Shown in pieces: positions 1-9,540 of a stretch of DNA of 64,000 bases; within the stretch, counting starts at the first letter, position 1; each line of letters begins with the position of its first letter. The stretch spans positions 5,280,001-5,344,000 of the forward strand of contig OZ242320.1 of the NCBI GenBank assembly GCA_965208125.1. Direction: 5' to 3'. Both the position numbers and the translations under genes were made by a program. Under the pieces are notes generated by a model. The model saw only the letters and a program-made list of their open reading frames with translations, did not search any database and was not told the origin of the DNA. This DNA is from Candidatus Latescibacterota bacterium. GTDB lineage: Bacteria; Latescibacterota; UBA2968.

Positions 1-602
1 CAACCCCCGTAGTACCCGGACACCACGCCGATCACCAGACCAAACACAAAACTCAGTGTCACCCCCACCAGCCCTATCGTCAGCGAAATGCGCGAACCGT
101 AAATAATCCTCGAAAGCAAATCCCGCCCGAGATGATCCGTACCCAACAGAAAAAGCGTCCCCCCATCATCAACGCCGAAAAGATGGATATCCGTCTCAAA
201 CAAACCCCAGAACCGATAGGGTGCGCCTCGCACAAATAAACGTACGGCATAGCGTTGCGAGCGGTCTTCGATATAGAACTTCCGAAGCGTTTCCGGATGT
301 CGCACGCCCTTGATCCCATACACAAACGGCCAGAAATGCACGCCCTCATCCGACACAAATTGCAAACGCTGGGGCGGGGCAAACGCATAGGCAACCTGCC
401 GATGATTGAGCGTATAAGGTGCCAAAAACTCGCAAAACACAGCCACCACATAAAGCGCCACAATAACCATACCCGCAGCCATCGCCAGGTGGTGCTTGCG
501 AAACTTCCACCACATCAACTGCCACTGAGACGCGGCATAGGCTTCCGTTTCCCCGGTCAGCACATCTTGCTCGACAACCTCTTCCCTTCTGGGCATAGCC
601 AT
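1..602 (-). CDS. Peptide/nickel-type ABC transporter permease (DppC/OppC-like), truncated at window edge
   Basis: Not in the ORF track. Read manually from ATG at 602: MAMPRREEVVEQDVLTGETEAYAASQWQLMWWKFRKHHLAMAAG..., an OppC-type N-terminus. It abuts the stop of the upstream DppB-like gene. Confidence 0.85.
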   Translation of the reverse strand, partial: MAMPRREEVVEQDVLTGETEAYAASQWQLMWWKFRKHHLAMAAGMVIVALYVVAVFCEFLAPYTLNHRQVAYAFAPPQRLQFVSDEGVHFWPFVYGIKGVRHPETLRKFYIEDRSQRYAVRLFVRGAPYRFWGLFETDIHLFGVDDGGTLFLLGTDHLGRDLLSRIIYGSRISLTIGLVGVTLSFVFGLVIGVVSGYYGG

Positions 603-1598
603 CTAATGCTCCCCTTCTTCATAGCGAATGCGCGGATCGAGCCACAACAACAAAATGTCTGAAATGAGCGTACCGACAAGCGTCAACAGGCTCAACATCA
701 TCACCATACTGCCCGCCAAATACATATCCTGATTCATAAGCGCGCGCAACAACAGCGGTCCCGTCGTCGGCAAGCCCAACACCACCGACGTAATCGTCGC
801 CCCAGACACAATGCCCGGCAAAACCCATCCCACAGTACTGACGAGCGGATTGAGCGCAACGCGCACCGGATACCGCATCAGCAACACCCAGTAGCGCACG
901 CCTTTGGCGCGGGCAGTCATCACGTATTGCTTCCGCAATTCATCCAGCAAATTGCCCCGCATCACCCGTATCAATCCCGCCGTACCCGACGTGCCAATCA
1001 CAATCACCGGAATCCACAAATGCCCGAGCAAATCGAGAAATTTGCCAAAAGACCACGCCGCACTCTGATACTCCGGTGAAAACAGACCGCCTGCACTCAC
1101 CCCAAACACGGAATACCCAATGTACATAAAAATGAGCGCGAGCAAAAAATTGGGCGTTGCAAGCCCGATAAAGCCCAAAAACGTAAAACAATAATCCGGC
1201 AGTGAATACTGCTTCACAGCCGAATAAATCCCAACCGGAATCGCCAGCGCCCACGTCACCAGAAGCGTTACAATCGAAATAATAGACGTCAGCAAAATGC
1301 GTTCGCCAATCAGCTCTGTCACGGGCCGATTCCACTCAAACGACATCCCCAAATCACCCTGCACCATGCCGCCCAACCACCGCCAGTATTGCACCATAAA
1401 AGGCTGATCGAGATTGTACCGCGCCCGCAGTGCCGCAGCCTGTGCCTCATCCACCGTCTCTCCCGTTTCACCCAACGCAGCAATATACGACGTGAGATAA
1501 TCCCCTGGAGGAAGCTGGATAATCGAAAACGAAATAAACGAAATAATCACCATTGTGGGAATCATCCACAACAGGCGTTTAATCACCAGATTTAGCAT
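603..1598 (-). CDS. Peptide/nickel-type ABC transporter permease (DppB/OppB-like)
   Basis: PPGD N-terminal motif, GDLGMSF, EAA-like loop 'YVMTARAKG', C-terminal 'LDPRIR'. Confidence 0.95.
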   Translation of the reverse strand: MLNLVIKRLLWMIPTMVIISFISFSIIQLPPGDYLTSYIAALGETGETVDEAQAAALRARYNLDQPFMVQYWRWLGGMVQGDLGMSFEWNRPVTELIGERILLTSIISIVTLLVTWALAIPVGIYSAVKQYSLPDYCFTFLGFIGLATPNFLLALIFMYIGYSVFGVSAGGLFSPEYQSAAWSFGKFLDLLGHLWIPVIVIGTSGTAGLIRVMRGNLLDELRKQYVMTARAKGVRYWVLLMRYPVRVALNPLVSTVGWVLPGIVSGATITSVVLGLPTTGPLLLRALMNQDMYLAGSMVMMLSLLTLVGTLISDILLLWLDPRIRYEEGEH

Positions 1599-1607
1599 CT
1601 ATCTTTC

Positions 1608-3704
1608 CTATTCCTCAATCGCATAACACTCAACCGCCGTATTCCCGGGCGTGCGAAATGCCCAGCCGGACATCGCGACCTCGGGCACATTGCGAAATGA
1701 ATTTTTGACCAGATAAAACGAGGGCAATGCCCCCACCGTTCCGATAACCCACAGATTCTTTCGATTCAAATCGATAATTTCTCCCATAAGCCTGATCTGT
1801 TCCTCTTCGTCAATCGTCTTCTCAATCTCCCAAAACAACTCAATACACCGCCGCATATCACTGGGGGGTTCTTCACCGCGTTTTTTTTCCGTGCGATACC
1901 AGCGCGCATAATCCACCGCGTGTACAGACTCATCGCTAAATGGAACGAGCCAGCGCGGATCCAGAACCGCGATCTGCTCATCTGACCCACCCCATACGCC
2001 AACATCGTGCAACAAACCCTTTTTGCGCTCGTAAAACAACTGCCGCGCTTCTTCCTTCACCTCTGAATGCACCCCCACCGCCGTCCAATAACTCGCCACC
2101 AGTTCCAGAATGCGATTGTTCAGAGACGTCGTCTCAATATAGAGCTTAATCGGTTCGCCATCAGCCCGCAATCGCATGCCATTTCTCCCGCGCTTCAAAC
2201 CCATCTCGTCGAGCAGTGCATTCGCGCGGTCCGGATCGTATTCGATATATGCGCGCTCGTAATCCGCATCGTAAAACGGCGACGATGGCGGCGGACAAAC
2301 CTGCCGTGGCTTCCCAATCCCAAAATAATCCGCCTCGTTTAATTCAGCGCGATTCAGCGCGTGCGACAGGGCTTTTCGAAAGCGATGGTCTCCGATAATT
2401 CTCTTCATTTCCGGATCGCGGTGATTCAAATTCAACGCCAGGATATTTGACCCCGCCGATCCATTGACCCAATGCACAACCCGATAATCGCCCTTCTTTC
2501 TCCCCTCCATGAACAGCGGATAATTCTGGAACTGAAGATGCCGTCCCTGCATGCCTATTTCCCCATTGATCGCCTTGAGATTAATGGTCTCGGGATCAAA
2601 AATCTCAAACGTCATGCGGTCGATGTACGGCAGTTGATTCCCATCGGGATCGACCTTCCAATAATAGGGATTGCGCTCCAGCACTGCCGGGCGCGCAGGC
2701 GGCGGCGCAACCACAATCCATGGCCACAAACGCGGGATATCCGGATTGCGCCAATCGCGCATATCTTCAAAAAGCTGCTTCCACAAATCAAATCCCGCGG
2801 CCTCACTCATCGCCTCGAGCTTTTCCAAAGACGTGTACTTCGGATGAAATTGCTTCATATAATGGGCCGGATAGCGCAACATCTCATAACCGCGTCCCGA
2901 CGCCAACTTCACAACAAACAATCCATTGGGTTCCAAAAACGTGAACCGCACCGTATAATCATCGACCTTCTCCAATCCCATCACCCGTCCACCCCGCTTA
3001 AAATCGCGCGGCACAACAGGCGTTATCTCCTCATTTTGCAGCACATCCTCATACCAGAAAATGAGATCATCAACCGTAAACGGATGCCCGTCTGACCACC
3101 TCATCCCTCTGCGCAAATAAAATGTAAAACTGCGTCCCCCATCGGCAATCTCCCACCGCACGGCCAGATTGGGGATCACCTCCTGCGCCATCGCATCCCA
3201 TCGCACCAGCCCTTCATACGCAAACCGGGCTTCGACAATACCCACATCGCGGGGACCAGTCGCAAACCGCGTCCACGTCCCCCCATAAGGCCCATGTTGT
3301 TGCGGCGGTACAATAACAAGAGGATCCTCCGGCAGACGTTCCAATACAGGCGGCAGGATCCCCTCTCGCACCCGCTGGGCGAGCATAGGCGCTTCGCCAA
3401 ATCGTCCGCCCGACCATTCCATCACCCGATGCACCGCCCCCGTTGCCTGGGGATGGCGATTGGGAATCTCAACATCCGCCATCACAGCCTCGAGGTCCTG
3501 CGTCCCATCTGCCTGCACCACAGGCACAACGCCATCTTTTGGCGCACGCACCAGACTGCCCATCATAGCCTCAAATTCCGATGCCCGTTGTATGGCATCC
3601 GGATCGCGCGGCGAAAGGTAAAACGCGACATATCCCATCCCCTGCACCAGAAGCACAAAACTGGCAAAAACACCTACAAGCGCGATCCACACTTTAATTC
3701 CCAT
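1608..3704 (-). CDS. ABC transporter substrate-binding protein, family 5
   Basis: 'EAPMLAQRV..G.LPPVLERLP', 'PNLA..WE...FYLRRGMRWSDGHPFTVDD', 'ERNPYYWKVDPDGNQLPYID'; hydrophobic N-terminus. Confidence 0.93.
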   Translation of the reverse strand: MGIKVWIALVGVFASFVLLVQGMGYVAFYLSPRDPDAIQRASEFEAMMGSLVRAPKDGVVPVVQADGTQDLEAVMADVEIPNRHPQATGAVHRVMEWSGGRFGEAPMLAQRVREGILPPVLERLPEDPLVIVPPQQHGPYGGTWTRFATGPRDVGIVEARFAYEGLVRWDAMAQEVIPNLAVRWEIADGGRSFTFYLRRGMRWSDGHPFTVDDLIFWYEDVLQNEEITPVVPRDFKRGGRVMGLEKVDDYTVRFTFLEPNGLFVVKLASGRGYEMLRYPAHYMKQFHPKYTSLEKLEAMSEAAGFDLWKQLFEDMRDWRNPDIPRLWPWIVVAPPPARPAVLERNPYYWKVDPDGNQLPYIDRMTFEIFDPETINLKAINGEIGMQGRHLQFQNYPLFMEGRKKGDYRVVHWVNGSAGSNILALNLNHRDPEMKRIIGDHRFRKALSHALNRAELNEADYFGIGKPRQVCPPPSSPFYDADYERAYIEYDPDRANALLDEMGLKRGRNGMRLRADGEPIKLYIETTSLNNRILELVASYWTAVGVHSEVKEEARQLFYERKKGLLHDVGVWGGSDEQIAVLDPRWLVPFSDESVHAVDYARWYRTEKKRGEEPPSDMRRCIELFWEIEKTIDEEEQIRLMGEIIDLNRKNLWVIGTVGALPSFYLVKNSFRNVPEVAMSGWAFRTPGNTAVECYAIEE

Positions 3705-3725
3705 TATTGCCTCTCATCTGCCATT

Positions 3726-3763
3726 CATCTGCGTACATCTGCGTACATCTGCGTACATCTGCG
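3726..3763. repeat. 10-bp tandem repeat (CATCTGCGTA)x3.8
   Basis: catctgcgta catctgcgta catctgcgta catctgcg, intergenic. Confidence 0.9.
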
Positions 3764-3770
3764 GATACCC

Positions 3771-4508
3771 TCACCTGCTATATGCCCCAGTTGCAAATTT
3801 CTCAATTTCATCTCGCCCTCGCGCAATAGCTTCAGCGACAAAACGCGCTTTTATATGCTCATCAAAAAATGCATCGGCCCGCCCCCTGTTCTCAGCAAGA
3901 TGCTTTTCCAAATCATCGGACGGGGGACGACCAATCATCTTGAGAAATATATGCTCGAGAACAACGGGGTCTGCACTCTCTGCCCACCCCCGCGCACGCC
4001 TCACAAATCGAGATACTATTTCGCGATCAATAAATCCCACCTCTCCATGTCCTTCAAATCGATCCAGCACCTCCGCGACACCTGGATAATTGATGGGCAA
4101 TTCATCTACATAAGACCACAGCCCGTAAATAATGGGCCGCCAGTCTTCTACACCGTGTACATAAATCGTCACCTCATCGCGAAACGCTTCATCCGTCGTC
4201 AAATGCGCGATATACCCCATTAACAAAACGCGGTCTCGCGGATCCATATTCTGATAATCTGCCAGATTGGGATGCACCTCAAACATACCCGAAACGGATT
4301 TGCCCCACGTCTCGCGCCGATCCTCCGTGTAAAAATGCGATCCGTACTTGCCCATCTTCCCCAACAAACGCATCGCATCCGGCGCCATGGAACCCGCCAC
4401 AAGCTCCGGCAAATACCGCCGATTTAAAGCACCTACCTCAGGCAAATCGCGCTCGAGCAGTTCCTGCAACCCGAGCACCAATGCAAAATGACATCGCCCA
4501 CGAGGCAT
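3771..4508 (-). CDS. Zinc-dependent phospholipase C / S1-P1 nuclease-like family protein
   Basis: Start re-placed at MPRGRCHF. Motifs: N-terminal H, 'GSMAPD', 'SHF', 'GYIAHLTTD'. Confidence 0.7.
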   Translation of the reverse strand: MPRGRCHFALVLGLQELLERDLPEVGALNRRYLPELVAGSMAPDAMRLLGKMGKYGSHFYTEDRRETWGKSVSGMFEVHPNLADYQNMDPRDRVLLMGYIAHLTTDEAFRDEVTIYVHGVEDWRPIIYGLWSYVDELPINYPGVAEVLDRFEGHGEVGFIDREIVSRFVRRARGWAESADPVVLEHIFLKMIGRPPSDDLEKHLAENRGRADAFFDEHIKARFVAEAIARGRDEIEKFATGAYSR

Positions 4509-4624
4509 CCATTTTCCTTTCTCAAGAGCCTGCACCACTTGCAATAGCAGTTTGCACGAAACCAACTATTTAAGCACAATTATCCCAATCAGCGCAAAAT
4601 TGAGTCGATATCCTGCGGGGCACA

Positions 4625-4653
4625 TGTATAGTCATAGAACTCGCGTTTGTCAA
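4625..4653 (-). promoter_or_regulatory. Putative sigma-70 promoter for the Zn-PLC/ABC operon
   Basis: On the minus strand: TTGACA-N17-TATACA. Confidence 0.55.
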
Positions 4654-4654
4654 C

Positions 4655-5512
4655 TCAATCGGCGAAAAGGGGCAGGACCTCATAAGTACCCGCATCATCT
4701 CGTCGTAATCTTCCCCAAGCAATATCCGGATCGTGCGGCCACGCCATAACCCAGTTCTCGGAAACCGCTCTCTCCATAACCTCTTGTTTAACCAGATAAG
4801 TCTGCCGCGGATACAGATCATACGCCATCACATAAATCGGCTTCAAGTGATGTGTCGTAGGAATCAAATCCCCCACAAAACAAAACGTATCCTCACCCGT
4901 ATGCACCAGCACAGATTGATGCCTGCGGGTATGCCCTGGCGTAACTATGACCTCAACAAAAGAACAAATACGCTCATCCCCCTCCAACAGCGCAAGCACA
5001 GGTGACAGCGGCCTCATCACCTCGTCGTATCGGTACCCATTCACAGTCTGTCCATCGGCATTATCGGCATCCTCCCATTCCCCCTTTTGCACATAATAAG
5101 TCGCATTTGGAAAAGCGGGCACACATTCACCATTCTCTTGCACCGTACAACCCCCGGCATGATCCTGGTGCAAATGCGTCAACACAACCCGCGTAATCTC
5201 CTCGGGCGCAATCCGCAACATCTCCAGAGACGACAGGAGACCATCCGACTCATCAAGCGCGTAAATCTCTCGCAGCTTCTCCGTCACCTTACCCCCAAAC
5301 CCGGTCTCAATCAGCACGGTCTCCCCCTGCCCTCTCACAAGCAAACAATTCATCGTCAGCCCAATGCGATTGCGCTCATCGGGCGGGTAACACCTTTCCC
5401 ACAGCGGACGGGGCACAACCCCAAACATTGCGCCGCCATCCATCCTCACCTGTCCGGCAGATAAAACCCACACATCGCAACCACCACTTTGTCTATAATC
5501 TACAATCGCCAT
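4655..5512 (-). CDS. MBL-fold metallo-hydrolase (YtnP/AHL-lactonase-like)
   Basis: 'DGGAMFGVVP..LW', 'THLHQDHAGG', 'TPGHT', 'GDL.P', 'AYDLYP', 'HDP'. Confidence 0.9.
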   Translation of the reverse strand: MAIVDYRQSGGCDVWVLSAGQVRMDGGAMFGVVPRPLWERCYPPDERNRIGLTMNCLLVRGQGETVLIETGFGGKVTEKLREIYALDESDGLLSSLEMLRIAPEEITRVVLTHLHQDHAGGCTVQENGECVPAFPNATYYVQKGEWEDADNADGQTVNGYRYDEVMRPLSPVLALLEGDERICSFVEVIVTPGHTRRHQSVLVHTGEDTFCFVGDLIPTTHHLKPIYVMAYDLYPRQTYLVKQEVMERAVSENWVMAWPHDPDIAWGRLRRDDAGTYEVLPLFAD

Positions 5513-5604
5513 TCTTTTTCCTCCAACTTTGCACTTCGCACTTAACTTCTTATGTCTTATCTTATCTCCATAAAAAATATTCGCAACAAAAAATAGGAGG
5601 TATC

Positions 5605-6372
5605 ATGCCAGCAGCACTCGTCACCGGATCCAGCAGAGGCATCGGCAGAGGCATTGCGTTTTGCCTTGCCGATGCGGGCTACGACATCCTCGTCAACTAC
5701 GCGGGCAATCTAACCGCAGCAGAAGAAACCGCAACAGGTGTTCGGGAACGCGGACAAAACGTCCATATATGTCAGGGCGACATAACCCGCATAGAAGACG
5801 GCAAACGCCTCGTAGATACCACACTCGACGCCTTTGGCCGCCTCGACATGCTCGTCAACAACGCCGGCATTGCCCCCCGTGTGCGCGCCGACATACTCGA
5901 AGCCACGCCAGAAAGCTATGAAGACGTCATGAACACCAACCTCAAAGGACCCTACTTTTTGACCCAATACGCGGCAAACCACATGATCGCGCTCAAAGAA
6001 CAAGGCAAAATACAAACACCGCGCATTGTTGTCATCACCTCCATATCGGCCTACACCTCTTCAACCGCACGCGGCGAATACTGCGTCTCAAAAGCCGGTC
6101 TGAGCATGATGACGCGTCTATTTGCCGACCGGCTCGCAGAACACGGTATCCCCGTCAATGAAATCCAGCCAGGTATCATCCAGACCGACATGACAGGACC
6201 CGTAAAAGAAAAATACGACCGCCTGATTGCCGATGGACTGACGCCCATCCGCAGGTGGGGACAACCCGAAGACATCGGCAAAGCAGTAGCGGCCATAGGA
6301 CTCGGCTATTTCGACTTCACAACCGGCGCAGCAATCCCGGTTGACGGCGGATTCCACATGCACCGACTCTGA
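5605..6372 (+). CDS. SDR family oxidoreductase (3-ketoacyl-ACP reductase-like)
   Basis: AGGAGG RBS before ATG 5605; TGSSRGIG, NNAG and YCVSK motifs. Confidence 0.92.
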   Translation: MPAALVTGSSRGIGRGIAFCLADAGYDILVNYAGNLTAAEETATGVRERGQNVHICQGDITRIEDGKRLVDTTLDAFGRLDMLVNNAGIAPRVRADILEATPESYEDVMNTNLKGPYFLTQYAANHMIALKEQGKIQTPRIVVITSISAYTSSTARGEYCVSKAGLSMMTRLFADRLAEHGIPVNEIQPGIIQTDMTGPVKEKYDRLIADGLTPIRRWGQPEDIGKAVAAIGLGYFDFTTGAAIPVDGGFHMHRL

Positions 6373-6427
6373 TTTAGCAACCAGTCCATATCTCCCTATT
6401 TTGCCTTTGATTTCCCAGGGTACGAGG

Positions 6428-6456
6428 TTGACATATCTGCCCTTATATCCTACCTT
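6428..6456 (+). promoter_or_regulatory. Putative sigma-70 promoter
   Basis: TTGACA-N17-TACCTT upstream of the Cys-rich gene. Confidence 0.55.
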
Positions 6457-6505
6457 ATAAGCAAATATAAAATATCATATTCGACGCTTTCAAGTGAGGA
6501 CCCAA

Positions 6506-7285
6506 ATGCTGAAACGCTTTTTTTCTAAAAATGACGAAGAACCAGACAATGGTACAAGCAAAGAAAGACAAATCCACATCGAAGGGCAAGACGAGCACGT
6601 TCAGGAAGCCATGGACCTCCTCGCACAAGAGGATCAAGATGAACTCGACGAAGCCCTTGACGAAGTTAATGAAACCGTAAGAGAAGCCGCCAGAGCCTCC
6701 CTGCGCGACCTGAGACTCATGCAAGAGGGCCACTGTCCATCCTGCGGCCACAAAACACTGCGGCAATTTCTCTTTACAACTGTGTGTTCCAGTTGCGGTT
6801 GGTTTTCATTTATCTCGCCCGAAGAAGGCAAATCTCACATCCACCTGCAAAGTGGGCGCACCATCGAATGCGGCACCACATTTGACACCAAAGGCGACTT
6901 TGTACTCGGCATCACAAGCGGTGTGGTTCGCGCCAAAGTACCCAAGGAAAATGTCGAATACATCGAATTTTCCTGGACCGACGAAGAAGTCCGGCGCAAA
7001 CGCGAATCCCGCGCAAAAGAGGAAACGGGAATATGTAGCTGGTGCGAAAAATCCCTCGCCGATGATGGTGATGAAAATATCATTGTCTATGCTGCTTTCG
7101 GCTCCACCCAGGAACGCTATGTATTCTGTTCGGACAAATGCAACGAAGCCTTCCAAAAACAATACCCCATTCGCATCCACAAAAATTGCTACGAACGCTC
7201 CTGCCTCGATTGCGACCTGTGCAACAAACGCTACCTGGGCGAAGACGAGACCTTCCTCAAATTGCTCGAGCAAGGGAAAGTTTGA
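6506..7285 (+). CDS. Cys-rich hypothetical protein with several putative metal-binding modules
   Basis: GAGGA RBS before ATG 6506; CPSC/CSSC, CSWC/FCSDKC and H..C....C..C..C clusters. Confidence 0.75.
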   Translation: MLKRFFSKNDEEPDNGTSKERQIHIEGQDEHVQEAMDLLAQEDQDELDEALDEVNETVREAARASLRDLRLMQEGHCPSCGHKTLRQFLFTTVCSSCGWFSFISPEEGKSHIHLQSGRTIECGTTFDTKGDFVLGITSGVVRAKVPKENVEYIEFSWTDEEVRRKRESRAKEETGICSWCEKSLADDGDENIIVYAAFGSTQERYVFCSDKCNEAFQKQYPIRIHKNCYERSCLDCDLCNKRYLGEDETFLKLLEQGKV

Positions 7286-7324
7286 GAAGGTGATCAGCAG
7301 TCAGCCCGCCCAACTCCAAAAACC

Positions 7325-7363
7325 AATCCCCCATCACAATAATACGCGATGGGGGATTTTTTT
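7325..7363 (+). terminator. Rho-independent terminator
   Basis: aatcccccatc...gatgggggatt followed by a T tract. Confidence 0.75.
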
Positions 7364-7427
7364 CAGCTTATGTGATTTTCACCGCGTATTTCTGTTTTTT
7401 TGCAGGTTTTGAAATTGAGCATAAAAA

Positions 7428-7528
7428 AACTGTGAATGAGAATTCCATTCACAGTTCGGAAACACTGGATCGCGGCTCAACATCATGCCGCGATGACGTA
7501 GGGCGGGCACGGGGGCACCGCCCCTACG
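7428..7528. repeat. Cluster of three REP-like palindromes
   Basis: aactgtgaatg/cattcacagtt; atcgcggc/gccgcgat; cgtagggcgg...ccgcccctacg (GTAG-footed). Confidence 0.7.
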
Positions 7529-7562
7529 CCTGCCTGCGCTACATCTATCTATATCGCACCTT

Positions 7563-9536
7563 TCATCCGTGTCCATCTGTGTGTATCTGCTTTTGTAGTT
7601 CCTTCTTACCCTTTTCAACATCTTCCATCGCCGTCATAATCCCCTCAATAAACTCATCTGCCGCATCGTCTTTCTGCTTTTGTTGCTGTTCGTAGAGCAA
7701 GCGATAGACCTCGCACTCTTCTATCAAATCGTCGTGGAAACCCCAGCCCGCCATGCGACCATTGTCCAGCACCAGAATGCGATCTGCCCGCATAGCTGTA
7801 GAAATCCGGTGCGTAATCACAAACGTCGTGCGCCCCTCCATCAAATGGTCCAGCGTCTCTTGAATCTTCGCCTCTGTCTTTGCATCCAGCGCCGAAGTCG
7901 TATCGTCCAAAATCAGAATACTGGGATCAGTGACAACAGCCATCGCAAAAGCCAGACGCTGTTTTTGACCGCCCGATAAATTGGTACCGCGCTCCTCGAC
8001 CGGCGCTTCGTATTTTTCTGGCAGCGTCATAATAAAATCGTGCAACTCCGCCGCCTTAGCCGCAGCCATCACCTGCTCGGGCGTGGTATAGGGCTGCCCG
8101 TAGCGAATATTATCGGCAATCGTCCCGGAAAACAGAACGGGTTCCTGCGGCACCATACTGATGTGCTGTCGCAATGAAGAAATTTTGACATCTTGTATAT
8201 CGTAATCGTCCAGAATAATCTTCCCCTCTGTGGGTTCATAAAGACGCATCAACAAACTAACCAGCGTACTCTTCCCCGAACCCGAAGGCCCAACCACAGC
8301 CACCGAAGTGCCAGGCCGCACGACAAACTTGAGATCTCGAAGAACGTAATCACCCGCATCTGTATAGCGAAACGACACATCGCGGAACGACACGCGCCCG
8401 CGCACCTTGTCGAGGGTCTTCGCATCTTCTCTATCCCGAATAATCACCTCTTCATCCAGCACCTCAAACACGCGACTGATCACCACCAGCATCTGTTGCA
8501 ACGTGGCATTCACATTGGCAAGTGCAACCAGTGGCGAAAAAAGATTCCCCATCGACATAGAAAAATAAACCAATTCTCCAACCGTCATCATACCGCCGCG
8601 AACCTGCAACGCGCCATAATAAAAGATCAGACCCATTGCAACCCCCCCCACAACCGAACAGACTGACCCCAAGCCAGAACTCAAAACAGACTGTTTGACG
8701 CCCAGGCGATACAACCCGATCAGACGCCTGAAAAAATCCCGAAACTCCCGTCTCTCTCGCGCATAAGACAGGATGAGGCGAATCCCCTTTGAGCGTTCTT
8801 CCAGCAGCGCAGACACCTCGGCATAATCCTCTCGAAACTGCATAAAAACATTTGCTATCGGACGCTGAAACACCTTATAAGTCACGACGTACGCGGGCAA
8901 TGCAACAAAAGCCATCAGCGCGAGCTTGACATCAATCGTAAACAGAATCGCCGTACCCATCAAAATGCGCGCAACATGCCGCAGCGTCTCTACAAATGTC
9001 GTCGTAATTTCGCTCTGCAACAACCCCACATCATCCAAAATGCGCGCCATAATCCGCCCGGTTTGCTGGCGATCAAAAAACGTCATCTGCAACTGCTGCA
9101 CTTTCTCATGCAGCGCAAGGCGAATGCGGAAAACAATCCGCTGCCCCACATAGGCGATGCTATACGTATAAAACCAGTTGAGCGTGGCAAAAAACGATCT
9201 CACGACCAGGTAGAGAATGAAAATCCACCCCAACCATTCCAGTTTTTCCGTGCGCGTTTTGGGCAGCATTATCCCGCCTTCTTTGCCCAGCCCTGGAATC
9301 GTTGCCTGTGGATCTCGCTTTGGGCGCCTCTCCTCCTGAATCAAAGACTGCATGTGGGCTTCTGAAACGACTTCACCTGCGGGCTTGAGTTGCAAGACCT
9401 CGTCAACTGTAATTTTTGAAATGAACCCGAGCAAAAACGTATAGGACGACGTAATAGTGGCCATCATAATGACCATTAACATACGCCCCCAATACGGCTT
9501 GATATACAAAATGGTAAATCGCTTTAAGTTTTCCAT
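7563..9536 (-). CDS. Type IV ABC exporter half-transporter (TMD+NBD), subunit with degenerate Walker B
   Basis: Six-TM domain; GPSGSGKS, LSGGQKQR, ILDDTTS. Confidence 0.93.
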   Translation of the reverse strand: MENLKRFTILYIKPYWGRMLMVIMMATITSSYTFLLGFISKITVDEVLQLKPAGEVVSEAHMQSLIQEERRPKRDPQATIPGLGKEGGIMLPKTRTEKLEWLGWIFILYLVVRSFFATLNWFYTYSIAYVGQRIVFRIRLALHEKVQQLQMTFFDRQQTGRIMARILDDVGLLQSEITTTFVETLRHVARILMGTAILFTIDVKLALMAFVALPAYVVTYKVFQRPIANVFMQFREDYAEVSALLEERSKGIRLILSYARERREFRDFFRRLIGLYRLGVKQSVLSSGLGSVCSVVGGVAMGLIFYYGALQVRGGMMTVGELVYFSMSMGNLFSPLVALANVNATLQQMLVVISRVFEVLDEEVIIRDREDAKTLDKVRGRVSFRDVSFRYTDAGDYVLRDLKFVVRPGTSVAVVGPSGSGKSTLVSLLMRLYEPTEGKIILDDYDIQDVKISSLRQHISMVPQEPVLFSGTIADNIRYGQPYTTPEQVMAAAKAAELHDFIMTLPEKYEAPVEERGTNLSGGQKQRLAFAMAVVTDPSILILDDTTSALDAKTEAKIQETLDHLMEGRTTFVITHRISTAMRADRILVLDNGRMAGWGFHDDLIEECEVYRLLYEQQQKQKDDAADEFIEGIMTAMEDVEKGKKELQKQIHTDGHG

Positions 9537-9540
9537 AACC

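Noticed and set aside
80-463. 127-aa minus-strand ORF in the track
   Set aside because: Alternative frame of the DppC-like permease that starts at 602.
3726-3763. Possible CRISPR array
   Set aside because: The units are 10 bp with no spacers, and no cas genes are in the window.
3294-4223. 309-aa plus-strand ORF
   Set aside because: Antisense shadow of two well-supported minus-strand genes, with no motifs.
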